In this document: positions 53,691 through 62,579 of the stretch, piece after piece
How positions within the stretch are numbered: the stretch's first letter is position 1
How the letters are laid out: every line of letters starts with the position of its first letter
Assembly: GCA_963624325.1 (NCBI GenBank)
Contig: CAVFPH010000001.1
Location: 32,211-96,210, forward strand
DNA: 64,000 nt
Reading direction: 5' to 3'
Source of the DNA: a bacterium
Lineage (GTDB): Bacteria; Bacillota; Clostridia; Christensenellales; Aristaeellaceae
The notes under the pieces: generated by a model
Told to the model about the DNA's origin: nothing
The model's database searches: none
The model's input: only the letters and a program-made list of their open reading frames with translations
Translations under genes and position numbers: made by a program

Positions 53691-55235
53691 ATGAACGGCT
53701 TGAAGACAGAGCATAAATCGGAATATGCAGTTCGGATGAAGGGCTGCTGCAAGACATTCGGCAAGGTGATTGCAAATGATCATGTTGATCTGAACCTGAA
53801 ATGGGGAGAAATTCATGCCTTGCTGGGGGAGAACGGCAGCGGAAAGACAACGCTTGTCAACATGCTGTCAGGCATTTATCAACCCGATGACGGCGAAATC
53901 TTCGTAGATGGTCAGGCAGCTGTAATCGATTCTCCCAAAGCTGCATATCAGCTTGGCATCGGCATGATTCACCAGCATTTTATGCTGGTGGACGTATTGA
54001 CGGCAACCGAAAATATTATCCTCGGCATGGATGGCGGCGTACTGCTGAACCACCGCAAAATTACTGCGGAAATACGCAGAACGATTGATGCCTATGGCTT
54101 TCGCATTGACCCGGAACGGAAAATCAACGAAATGTCCGTTTCGGAAAAGCAAACGGTGGAGATCATTAAAGCGCTTTATCGCGGTGCCGAAATTTTAATC
54201 TTGGATGAGCCGACCGCCGTGCTTACACCACAGGAAACGGAAAGGCTGTTTGACGTTCTGCGCAGAATGAAGGAAGATGGAAAATGCATTGTCCTGATCA
54301 GCCATAAAATAAACGAGCTGTTTGCTGCCGCAGATAAAGTAACCATTCTTCGCAAAGGCAAAAGAATAGAAGAACTGGATATGAAGACCGTTACACCGGA
54401 GCGTTTGACTGAGGGCATGGTCGGGCACACCACGCAGCTTTCCCTGTCCTGCCCGAAATGCGCCGATGTTCATCCCTATCTTAAGGTTGAAGGCATAACG
54501 GTTCGCGGAATTTCCGGCGCGGAAAGCGTAAAAAAACTGTCTTTTGAGGCAAATGCCGGTGAGATACTCGGCATCGCGGGAATCGCTGGCAGCGGCCAGA
54601 AGGAGCTTTGCGATGCATTGGCCGGCACGGCTGTGCCGGAGAATGGTACCATTTCGGTAGACGGAAAAGAAATCCAGGGTATGAATCCCCTGGATGTTTA
54701 CAAGTCCGGCATTCGCATTGCCTATGTTCCCGAGGACAGACTTGGCATGGGTCTGATACCGACATTCGGAATCACGGAAAATGTGCTGCTTCGCTCTTTT
54801 GAGCATGACGGCAAATTTATTCTTGATAAAAAAACAGCGGTTCGGAACAGCGAACGGATGGTAAAGGAGCTGGATATCGCCGCTCCGGATTTGGTTACGC
54901 CTGTCAGCCGTCTGTCGGGCGGCAATGTGCAAAAAGTCCTCCTCGGACGGGAAATTCAGGAGCATCCGCAATTGCTGATTGCCGCCTACCCGGTGCGCGG
55001 CCTGGATATCGGGGCCACCTATAAAATATACGATATGCTGACTGCCGAAAAGATGCGGGGCGCCTGTGTGCTGTTTATCGGTGAGGATCTGGATGCGCTT
55101 CTTGGCATTTGCGACAGAATTCTGGTGCTGTGCGGCGGCGAAGCTGCGGGCTGTGTTCTGCCGTCTGAAACGACCAAAAACGAGATCGGCTATATGATGA
55201 TGGGTAAAACCGAAAAAGAGGAGATCGCGATATGA
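53691..55235 (+). CDS. ABC transporter ATP-binding protein, duplicated ATPase (RbsA/NupO-like)
   Basis: Two cassettes: GENGSGKTT...LSVSEKQ...LILDEPT, and GIAGSGQKEL...LSGGNVQK. The start is uncertain because AAGGAG abuts the ATG. Confidence 0.85.
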   Translation: MNGLKTEHKSEYAVRMKGCCKTFGKVIANDHVDLNLKWGEIHALLGENGSGKTTLVNMLSGIYQPDDGEIFVDGQAAVIDSPKAAYQLGIGMIHQHFMLVDVLTATENIILGMDGGVLLNHRKITAEIRRTIDAYGFRIDPERKINEMSVSEKQTVEIIKALYRGAEILILDEPTAVLTPQETERLFDVLRRMKEDGKCIVLISHKINELFAAADKVTILRKGKRIEELDMKTVTPERLTEGMVGHTTQLSLSCPKCADVHPYLKVEGITVRGISGAESVKKLSFEANAGEILGIAGIAGSGQKELCDALAGTAVPENGTISVDGKEIQGMNPLDVYKSGIRIAYVPEDRLGMGLIPTFGITENVLLRSFEHDGKFILDKKTAVRNSERMVKELDIAAPDLVTPVSRLSGGNVQKVLLGREIQEHPQLLIAAYPVRGLDIGATYKIYDMLTAEKMRGACVLFIGEDLDALLGICDRILVLCGGEAAGCVLPSETTKNEIGYMMMGKTEKEEIAI

Positions 55236-56779
55236 GCCAAACAAAGCCGCATTTCAGCCGAAAGCGCGTTTTCCGTCTGATTGCCGCGCTGTTCAGCATT
55301 CTTCAATTGTCGGTTATCCTGCTTTGCAAAAGCACGGATGCCGGTACGCTGGTTTTGTCTGCGTGGGCGATGCTGACAAAGGGAACTGCCGCGGGAATTA
55401 TCTGCGGGATCATTGCGGGCATTGTGCTGCTTGCCTTGGCGGCAGGTACGCTGCTGCTTCTTTTGCCAAACGCCACACGCTTTACGGGACGTTTGTGTGC
55501 ACTGTTTATGGCCGGTGTGCAGGGAATCCTGGCACTTATGCTGCTTTTGCTGTGCTGGCTTGGCGTCGGCGCTCCCGAAACGGTTGGCAGGCTGCTTGGC
55601 GGTGAACACGTCTATTTTGTAAATTATTTAATCCTGCTGCTTGATTTTGCAATTCTGGGCCTTTTGTTTGCCTCCCGCTTTGAACGAATTGCAAAAAAAG
55701 TGCCGCCATCCTTCCTGCAGGCGCTGCCGGTTCGTCTGCTGGCCATCCTGGGCGCGGTGATTTGCAGCATGCTGATGGTCCTTATGATCGGTTATAATCC
55801 GCTGGCGGTCTTTGCACAGATTTATAAGGGCTCAATCGGAACTGCCAACGCCCTGACCATCACACTGGAAAGAAGCATCCCGATGGTTTTGGGCACGATG
55901 GCTGTTATTGTTGCCTTCAAAATGCATTTCTGGAATGTGGGTGTTGCCGGGCAGCTGACGATCGGAGCGGTTTTCGCCTCCTTCTTTGCCTATCGGCTGG
56001 GGGATACGCTTCCTCATGCCGTACTGATTCCGCTGATGTTTCTTGCCGGTGCAGCGGGCGGTGCAATCTATGCGTTCCTGCCTGCCTATGCTAAAATTCA
56101 CTGGCATACCAGCGAGACGTTGTTTGCGCTGATGCTCAATTATATTTCCACATATATTGTGCAATTGCTTCGGCGCGGCCCATGGGAGGATCCCATGATG
56201 CCGTCCTTCGGACAGTGCGCCATGTTTGTCAACAATGCGAGACTTACCAAAATCCTTGGCTGTTCAAGCGGGTGGATTGTTGCCGTTTTGGTTGTTATTC
56301 TCGTAAGCTTTTATCTTCGCTACACCAAACACGGCTTTGAAATCTGCGTGGTCGGTGAACAGGAAAAAACCGCAGAATACCTTGGCGTGCCGGTAAAGCG
56401 CGTTATTGTTCGCACAATGCTGATTTCGGGCGCAATTGCCGGCATTGCCGGAATGCTGAAAATCAGCGGTGCTGATTTCAAACTGAATGAAACCGTTGCA
56501 GGCGACATCGGCTTTACCGTGATCACCGTTGCATGGCTTGTAAAACTGAATCCTCTGGCAGGCGCGGCTGTTGCCGTCTTGTTTACCGCTATGACAAAGG
56601 GCTGTGAAAGCCTTTCCATGTCCACCACCCTTCGCGTGAATGGCGTGAACATTCCGTCTGCTTCCGCAACGGTAATCATCGGAATCCTGCTTCTGTTTGT
56701 CCTCGGCTGCGAGTTTTTCCTGACTTATCGGATTATATTCAAGGGAAAACGGCTTGTAAAGGAAGGTGCTGCAAAATGA
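55232..56779 (+). CDS. BMP-type ABC permease with an N-terminal multi-TM extension of about 155 aa
   Basis: ATGA overlap with the ATPase gene. The canonical permease core begins near LPVRLLAILGAVICSMLMVLMIGYNPLAVFAQIYKGSIG. The preceding residues form about 4 extra hydrophobic helices. Confidence 0.8.
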   Translation: MSQTKPHFSRKRVFRLIAALFSILQLSVILLCKSTDAGTLVLSAWAMLTKGTAAGIICGIIAGIVLLALAAGTLLLLLPNATRFTGRLCALFMAGVQGILALMLLLLCWLGVGAPETVGRLLGGEHVYFVNYLILLLDFAILGLLFASRFERIAKKVPPSFLQALPVRLLAILGAVICSMLMVLMIGYNPLAVFAQIYKGSIGTANALTITLERSIPMVLGTMAVIVAFKMHFWNVGVAGQLTIGAVFASFFAYRLGDTLPHAVLIPLMFLAGAAGGAIYAFLPAYAKIHWHTSETLFALMLNYISTYIVQLLRRGPWEDPMMPSFGQCAMFVNNARLTKILGCSSGWIVAVLVVILVSFYLRYTKHGFEICVVGEQEKTAEYLGVPVKRVIVRTMLISGAIAGIAGMLKISGADFKLNETVAGDIGFTVITVAWLVKLNPLAGAAVAVLFTAMTKGCESLSMSTTLRVNGVNIPSASATVIIGILLLFVLGCEFFLTYRIIFKGKRLVKEGAAK

Positions 56780-57765
56780 CGGTGTACGTGCTGATTGCGC
56801 TGCTTGCTGCCGGCATCAAGGCGGGTGCTCCGCTGCTGCTTGGAACGCTGGGCGAAATTCTGACCGAAAAATCTGGCGGGCTGAACATGGGCGTAGAGGG
56901 CGTGATGGGCGTTTCCGCAGTTGCCGGTTTGGCTGCGGGATTTTACACGGGAAGCCTTGCTTTAACGCTGCTTGCAGCTATTTTGGCCGGAATGCTGTGC
57001 TGCCTGATATACAGCTTTATGACGGTTACATTGAAAGCAAACCAGTTGATTACAGGCCTTAGCATCAGCATTCTCGGCGGCGGCGTATGCAATATGATGG
57101 GCGCATTTGTCAACAGCTCCGCAAAGGCCGCAAAGACAACGGCACGCCTAAACAACACGATCATGAGCCTGTTTTCAGGATTGGACCGCGGTCTTTCTGT
57201 CGGCTCCGATGAGAGCATTTCTTTAGAATACTATGCGGATAAACTGCTCAGCGGAATCAACTTCTTTGTGATTATCGGCGTTCTGCTGGCAGCAGCCATG
57301 TGGTTCTTCTTCTATAAAACCAGACCGGGTCTGCACCTTCGCGCGGTCGGCGAAAACCCGAAAGCGGCGGATGCTATGGGCATCAGCATCACGGTGTACC
57401 GCTACCTTGCATCAGTTGTCGGGGGAGCGATGATGGGGCTTGCCGGCCTGTTTGTGTGCATGAATGTTGGCGGAAAATGGGAATATAACCTGATCGGCGG
57501 CAAAGGCTGGCTGGCGGTTGCGCTGGTTATTTTCGCAAGGTGGAACCCGCTGAAGGCAATCGGCGGTTCGCTGGCTTTCGGCATACTGCTGCGGCTGTAT
57601 CTGCACATCAAGCTCAGTTTCCTGCCGGATAACTGCGAAGCACTGCTGATGATGCTGCCATATGTGATTACGTTGATTACGCTGATTATTTCGGGCAAAA
57701 GAAAGCATGGCTCCGAGGGGGCACCTGCGGGAAGCGGCAGCAACTTCTTCAGAGAGGATCGCTGA
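56776..57765 (+). CDS. BMP-type ABC permease
   Basis: ATGA overlap. LLGTLGEILTEKSGGLNMGVEGVM motif typical of the RbsC/BMP permease family. Confidence 0.85.
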   Translation: MTVYVLIALLAAGIKAGAPLLLGTLGEILTEKSGGLNMGVEGVMGVSAVAGLAAGFYTGSLALTLLAAILAGMLCCLIYSFMTVTLKANQLITGLSISILGGGVCNMMGAFVNSSAKAAKTTARLNNTIMSLFSGLDRGLSVGSDESISLEYYADKLLSGINFFVIIGVLLAAAMWFFFYKTRPGLHLRAVGENPKAADAMGISITVYRYLASVVGGAMMGLAGLFVCMNVGGKWEYNLIGGKGWLAVALVIFARWNPLKAIGGSLAFGILLRLYLHIKLSFLPDNCEALLMMLPYVITLITLIISGKRKHGSEGAPAGSGSNFFREDR

Positions 57766-58503
57766 TCACGCATTCTGGCGATCGGACTGTACGGATTCAT
57801 CTGTGCTGAGCACGAAATACTTTGCGAACCCCTTGAAATACGGCTGAAATTTGATGTGCTTATCCAGCATATCCGAAAAGAACCCGATGATCGATCCGTT
57901 GAAAACCGCCATGACGAGCGTGCCCCAATTGATTCCGACGAGCTTTCCGAAGAAGACGAATGTCATGACGATGCTGACAAGCAGACAGACAATGTCGAAG
58001 GCTGTTTTGAAGACGGACAGCTTTATGCCGTATCGTAGGGAGACAGCCTTCACAAAGAAATCATAAACCTGCGGATAGAGATATGTCTTAAAAAACAAGG
58101 CGATGGAAAATGATGTCAGCAGAACGCCGATGACGAACATGCCGATTCGCAGAAACAGGTTCATACTGCCGGGAACGGTTACGGCAGGATCAAAGCAAGG
58201 CAGCGTCCGCCATAAATCCAATACCCAGCCGTAAATCAGGCAGGTGACAAAGGACATCAGGTAAACGATTTTGACCTTTCTCAGCGCACAGCAAAGCAAA
58301 ATAATCAAGCCCGCTTGAATGATGTATTCGGCTTGACCGAAGGTGATGCCTCCTGATTTTAGGCTAAGCAGATATGCCGGAGCGACAATCATGGATATGC
58401 CAAAGTCTGCCGCGGTCAGGATGGCAACTGCCAGTGACAGCAGGATCAGCGCAAGCAAATAGGCGATTTCGCTGTGCACCTTGATTTTTCTTGTCGAATG
58501 CAT
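57766..58503 (-). CDS. integral membrane protein, YczE/YitT-like (function unknown)
   Basis: About 245 aa from ATG 58503 (GGAGGAAAAAC upstream), 6 or more TM helices. The family assignment is tentative. Confidence 0.5.
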   Translation of the reverse strand: MHSTRKIKVHSEIAYLLALILLSLAVAILTAADFGISMIVAPAYLLSLKSGGITFGQAEYIIQAGLIILLCCALRKVKIVYLMSFVTCLIYGWVLDLWRTLPCFDPAVTVPGSMNLFLRIGMFVIGVLLTSFSIALFFKTYLYPQVYDFFVKAVSLRYGIKLSVFKTAFDIVCLLVSIVMTFVFFGKLVGINWGTLVMAVFNGSIIGFFSDMLDKHIKFQPYFKGFAKYFVLSTDESVQSDRQNA

Positions 58504-58829
58504 GTTTTTCCTCCTAAAAAAGCCACACACTCCCAAGGAGTGTATGGCGAAAAATGAGCGAAACGGCTCTGAAAAATCCATACCGATTTTGCATGAACAT
58601 TATGCCATGCGAAACGCTGCAAGTCAATACTTTGCACGATGTTTCGTATGGCGTAATTTTGTGCGCTGCGAGACAAAAATTATTTTGAATCCATTGCAGG
58701 AATTTCAGATGCTGTGTCGAACTGTATAATCAGAGAGGCAAGAGGATGGGAAGAACAGCTGCAGGGGCAGCTGAAAACGGCAGGGCGCAGTGCGCTTTTG
58801 CCATATTTCGCAACGAAAGGAGCACCCTT

Positions 58830-59360
58830 ATGAAAACGACGATTACCGCGAAAAACATGGTTGTCAGCCCCGCGATTACAGCACGCGTGATGAAGAAAAC
58901 CGCTACGATGGAGCGCTATCTGAAACCCGACACGCAAATGTTTGTGCGCATGCGCAAGGAGCGCAATCAGCGCATTGTAGAAATTACCGTTCCCATCGAC
59001 GGCGTTACCCTTCGCGCTGAAGCCAGCAGCGAGGATAACCTGTTCATGAGCATCGATAAGGCACTGGCCAAGCTTGAAAAGCAGATTTTGCGTCACCGCA
59101 CAAAGCTGGCAAAGCGTCTGCGCGAGGATATCCCCGCCGAGGAGCCCGAATTCATCGAGGAGACGCCGGCACAGGGAGAGCGTAAGATTGTCCGCACAAA
59201 GACCTATACCACCCGTCCCATGCATGTGGAGGATGCAATCCTGCAAATGGAGCTTCTCGGACACAGTTTCTTCGTCTTCATCAATATCGAAACCGAGAAG
59301 ACAAATGTGCTCTATCTGCGCAAGGACGGCGACCTTGGCTTGCTGGAGCCGGAATATTGA
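58830..59360 (+). CDS. hpf: ribosome hibernation-promoting factor (long form)
   Basis: N-terminal S30AE domain (ITAKNMVVSPAITARV...IVEITVPIDGVTLRAE). C-terminal dimerisation domain (PMHVEDAILQMELLGHSFFVFINIETEKTNVLYLRKDGDLGLLEP). Confidence 0.9.
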   Translation: MKTTITAKNMVVSPAITARVMKKTATMERYLKPDTQMFVRMRKERNQRIVEITVPIDGVTLRAEASSEDNLFMSIDKALAKLEKQILRHRTKLAKRLREDIPAEEPEFIEETPAQGERKIVRTKTYTTRPMHVEDAILQMELLGHSFFVFINIETEKTNVLYLRKDGDLGLLEPEY

Positions 59361-59385
59361 TTTGAATATATCGCCATAGTTTTTT

Positions 59386-59425
59386 GCCGAACGGCTGCTT
59401 TTGCGGCCGTTCGGCCTTTATATTT
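59386..59425 (+). terminator. intrinsic terminator after hpf
   Basis: GCCGAACGGC - 10 nt - GCCGTTCGGC followed by CTTTATATTT. Confidence 0.65.
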
Positions 59426-59476
59426 CGGACGAGGTGTGCTATAATTCGCGCAGCATCTTTTTACGGAGGAACTGTA

Positions 59477-60172
59477 ATGTACCGACTTGAAATGCATGTG
59501 CACACCTCGCCGACCAGCCGCTGCGCAAGCGCTAAGGCACAGGAAGCCGCGGAACACTATATCAGTGCAGGCTATGACGGCATTGTGCTGACAAACCATA
59601 TCAACAACAGCACATATCGCTATATGGAAGATATGCCCTGGAAAGAAAAAGTAGCGCATTTTGTACGCGGCTTTGAGGACATGCAGAGCGCTGCTGCGGG
59701 AAAGCTGACAGTGCTTTTCGGCTGCGAAGTCAATTTGACTCCGCTGGGCGCGGCGACCTATATCCCAAATGACTATTTAATTTACGGAGCTTCGCCGCAG
59801 TGGCTTCTGGACGCAGGGGATGTCCGCCGAATGACGCTGGGGGAACTGTCTGCGTGCGCAAGAGACGCGGGTCTTTTGATTGTGCAGGCACATCCCTTCA
59901 GGTACAACACCGTTATTTCGGATGACAAGCTGTTGGATGGCGTGGAAGTGTACAATGCCAACGCAAGGCATGATTCCCATGATTATCTGGCAGAGCTATG
60001 GGCGGAAAAGAAGCACTTGCTGCGTACAACGGGGTCGGATTACCATCATCCGGATGACTTGATCTCCGCAGGCATCATAACGGATGAGCCTGTAAAAGAC
60101 AACGAGACTTTGCTCCGCATCCTGCGGTCGGGAGAATATCGGCTGATTCGTCCTGCAGAAGAGCAGGCTTAA
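59477..60172 (+). CDS. PHP-domain (polymerase/histidinol-phosphatase-like) metal-dependent phosphoesterase
   Basis: MHVHTSPTS N-terminal motif, QAHPFR, and GSDYHH near the C-terminus. GGAGGA RBS. Confidence 0.75.
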   Translation: MYRLEMHVHTSPTSRCASAKAQEAAEHYISAGYDGIVLTNHINNSTYRYMEDMPWKEKVAHFVRGFEDMQSAAAGKLTVLFGCEVNLTPLGAATYIPNDYLIYGASPQWLLDAGDVRRMTLGELSACARDAGLLIVQAHPFRYNTVISDDKLLDGVEVYNANARHDSHDYLAELWAEKKHLLRTTGSDYHHPDDLISAGIITDEPVKDNETLLRILRSGEYRLIRPAEEQA

Positions 60173-60182
60173 GCGGATCTGC

Positions 60183-60216
60183 GCGGGTGGCATCATGTGT
60201 GCCATCCCGCTTTTTG
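60183..60216 (+). terminator. intrinsic terminator after the PHP gene
   Basis: GCGGGTGGCA ... TGCCATCCCGC (one bulge) followed by TTTTTG. Confidence 0.65.
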
Positions 60217-60280
60217 ATTGTATTTGCCATTCGCTTGTGTTATCATAATGGCGTTGATCTGCAGCATGGGAGGTACGGCG

Positions 60281-61063
60281 GTGAAGCTGATCAGTTGGAA
60301 TGTGAATGGTCTTCGCGCGGCGATGGGCAAGGGTTTTATGGATGCTTTTGCGCAGCTGGATGCCGATATATTTTGCCTGAACGAGACAAAATTGCAGGCA
60401 GGACAGATTGTGATGGACCTGCCGGGATATGATCAATACTGGAGCTATGCCGAAAAGAAAGGCTATTCCGGTGTGGCGGTGTTCACAAGGCAGAAGCCGA
60501 TTCAAGTAAGCAGCGGAATCGGGACGGACGAGTTTGATCACGAAGGGCGCGTGCTCACGCTGGAAATGCCGGAGTTCTATCTGGTTGCCTGCTACACGCC
60601 GAATTCGCAGGATGGCCTCAAACGCTTGGACTACCGCATGCGCTGGGAGGATGCATTCCGCTCCTACCTAAAATCGCTGGATTCGGTTAAGCCCGTTGTT
60701 CTGTGCGGGGATTTGAATGTGGCGCATCAGGAAATCGACATCAAAAATCCGAAATCCAACCGCATGAATGCCGGATTTACCGATCAGGAACGCGAAAAGA
60801 TGACGCAGCTGCTTGACGCGGGCTTTGTTGATACCTTCCGTGCGCTGCATCCCGATGCGGCAGATGCATACAGCTGGTGGTCGTATCGCTTTCATGCCCG
60901 TGAAAACAATGCGGGATGGCGCATAGACTATTTTATCGTTTCGGAATCCCTGCGCAAATGCGTGCAGAGGGCGGAAATCCATCCGGAAATCTATGGCTCC
61001 GACCATTGCCCTGTTGAGCTGGTTTTGGCATCGCAAGCCGATGATGCGGAAGGTGAATTGTAA
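60281..61063 (+). CDS. xth: exodeoxyribonuclease III
   Basis: VKLISWNVNGLRA, FCLNETK, GDLNVAH and GSDHCPV motifs. GTG 60281 is 7 nt after GGGAGG. Confidence 0.9.
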   Translation: MKLISWNVNGLRAAMGKGFMDAFAQLDADIFCLNETKLQAGQIVMDLPGYDQYWSYAEKKGYSGVAVFTRQKPIQVSSGIGTDEFDHEGRVLTLEMPEFYLVACYTPNSQDGLKRLDYRMRWEDAFRSYLKSLDSVKPVVLCGDLNVAHQEIDIKNPKSNRMNAGFTDQEREKMTQLLDAGFVDTFRALHPDAADAYSWWSYRFHARENNAGWRIDYFIVSESLRKCVQRAEIHPEIYGSDHCPVELVLASQADDAEGEL

Positions 61064-61111
61064 AATATTGGCCTGAATCGCCGCAAAATGACAAACAGCT
61101 ACACAAAACTG

Positions 61112-61140
61112 TTGACAATTCGTAATAAATTTGATATAAA
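61112..61140 (+). promoter_or_regulatory. sigma-A promoter of the VanY-like gene
   Basis: TTGACA - 17 nt - TATAAA with TGa extended -10. Confidence 0.45.
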
Positions 61141-61202
61141 AAAGATGGATTCTTTTACGAAATAAGTATGCCCGCGCCTGCGCGGACAGGAAGGTGCTTT
61201 TT

Positions 61203-62357
61203 ATGGCTGCTACTAAAAAACGCAATGCCTATCGCGGACTGGTTGCCTGGATGCTGGTGCTGCTGGTACTGTGCGTTCTCTGCTTTGCAGGCTATCTCTA
61301 TACCCACAATTATCTTTCCGCCCGCGCCAGCCAAAATGAGGAAGACGTGACCCGGATCAACAACGAGCGCACGGAGGAATACAACGCCGCTGTCGCTGCA
61401 CGCAAGCAGGAGCAGGCAGCCGCATCCCAGGATATTCAGTGGCCTGCTGCGGCATCCATCGGCTGGGATGTGGTGGATCTGACTGCCTACCCCATCAGCG
61501 ACGGGTCTCAGGCTGTCGTTACCCGCAAAGAAATGCTGGAGGGCGGTCTGCTGCTGATCAACCGCTGGCATATGATGCCTTCCGATCTGACGGATGACAT
61601 GATGGTCAGCATCAGCCGTACCAGCCGCGCGGATGAAGACACAACCAACAATATTCCCACCACCAATTCTTCCCTGATGCTTCAGCCTGCTGCGGTTGAG
61701 GCACTGATGTCTTTGTTCTCCGATGCCCGCGCCGCAGGCTTGGATATGGACGGCATCATCGTTAGCGAGGGCTATCGCACCATGGAGCAGCAGACCGGCT
61801 ATTGGAACAAAAAGGTCGAAAGCCTCAGCAACTCCTACAGCGGCGAGCGCTTGAACGAGATGGCGATGCGCAGCGTCGCCTACCCCGGCACCAGCGATTA
61901 TCAGACCGGCTTGTCTGTCTCCGTTTATAACTACAAAAAGGGAGATAACGAGTTTACAAGCACCCTGCTTCATGAAACAGAACAGGGAAAGTGGCTGTAC
62001 CAGAATTGCTGGAAGTACGGCTTCATCTTCCGTTATCCTACCCAGGGCTTCCCGTATGCGGATACTGTGGACAAGAGCTACAAGACCGGCTACAGTGACC
62101 AGATGAAAGTGTATCGCTATGTAGGCGTTGCCAACGCCGCAGCTATGAACACCTTGGGCATGTGCTTGGAGGAGTACATTGAATACCTGATGGCGCATCC
62201 GCATATTGCCGTTTACAGCGATGGCGTGCTGAAGTATGAGATTTACCGCATGGAAGGTGGATATTCCGATACATCCGTTACCGTGCCGTACAATGCGGTT
62301 TCCTACAGCGCCTCCACTGACAACATGGATGGCCTGGTGGTTGCGATCAGCTACTGA
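61203..62357 (+). CDS. membrane-anchored VanY/M15B-fold protein lacking the zinc ligands (likely non-catalytic)
   Basis: N-terminal TM LVAWMLVLLVLCVLCFAGYL. VanY-family blocks SEGYRTMEQQ, PGTSDYQTGLSVSV and YGFIFRYP ... QMKVYRYVG align to the consensus sGYRsyeeQ, PGtSEHqtGlAvDl and YGFilRYP...EpWHlRYVG, with His, Asp, Glu and His all substituted. Confidence 0.7.
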   Translation: MAATKKRNAYRGLVAWMLVLLVLCVLCFAGYLYTHNYLSARASQNEEDVTRINNERTEEYNAAVAARKQEQAAASQDIQWPAAASIGWDVVDLTAYPISDGSQAVVTRKEMLEGGLLLINRWHMMPSDLTDDMMVSISRTSRADEDTTNNIPTTNSSLMLQPAAVEALMSLFSDARAAGLDMDGIIVSEGYRTMEQQTGYWNKKVESLSNSYSGERLNEMAMRSVAYPGTSDYQTGLSVSVYNYKKGDNEFTSTLLHETEQGKWLYQNCWKYGFIFRYPTQGFPYADTVDKSYKTGYSDQMKVYRYVGVANAAAMNTLGMCLEEYIEYLMAHPHIAVYSDGVLKYEIYRMEGGYSDTSVTVPYNAVSYSASTDNMDGLVVAISY

Positions 62358-62380
62358 GCAAAATTTTAATATGATGCAGA

Positions 62381-62445
62381 CCGGCAAAGGCAAGCCCGAA
62401 TGCCCTTTCGATGGGTTCAAACAGGCTTCCTTTGCCGGATTTTTG
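62381..62445 (+). terminator. long-loop terminator after the VanY-like gene
   Basis: CCGGCAAAGG ... CCTTTGCCGG (10-bp stem, about 38-nt structured loop) followed by ATTTTTG. Confidence 0.5.
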
Positions 62446-62517
62446 TATACGCCCCGATGAACTTTCTTGCGGAGAATCAACACGAAAAGGCCATGAAGAT
62501 ACCGGCATAATTTGTTC

Positions 62518-62545
62518 TTGACAATGTGTGAAAAATCATTATAAT
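62518..62545 (+). promoter_or_regulatory. sigma-A promoter of the MATE gene
   Basis: TTGACA - 16 nt - TATAAT. Confidence 0.5.
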
Positions 62546-62579
62546 AGGCGCGCACCAAGTGGTTCAAGGAGGAAACTCG

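Noticed and set aside
57760-57771. Convergent genes ending back to back with zero spacer (TGA/TCA forming TGATCA)
   Set aside because: It is real in the sequence, but such end-to-end convergent arrangements occur by chance. There is no hairpin or other signal to interpret. It only implies overlapping 3' UTRs.
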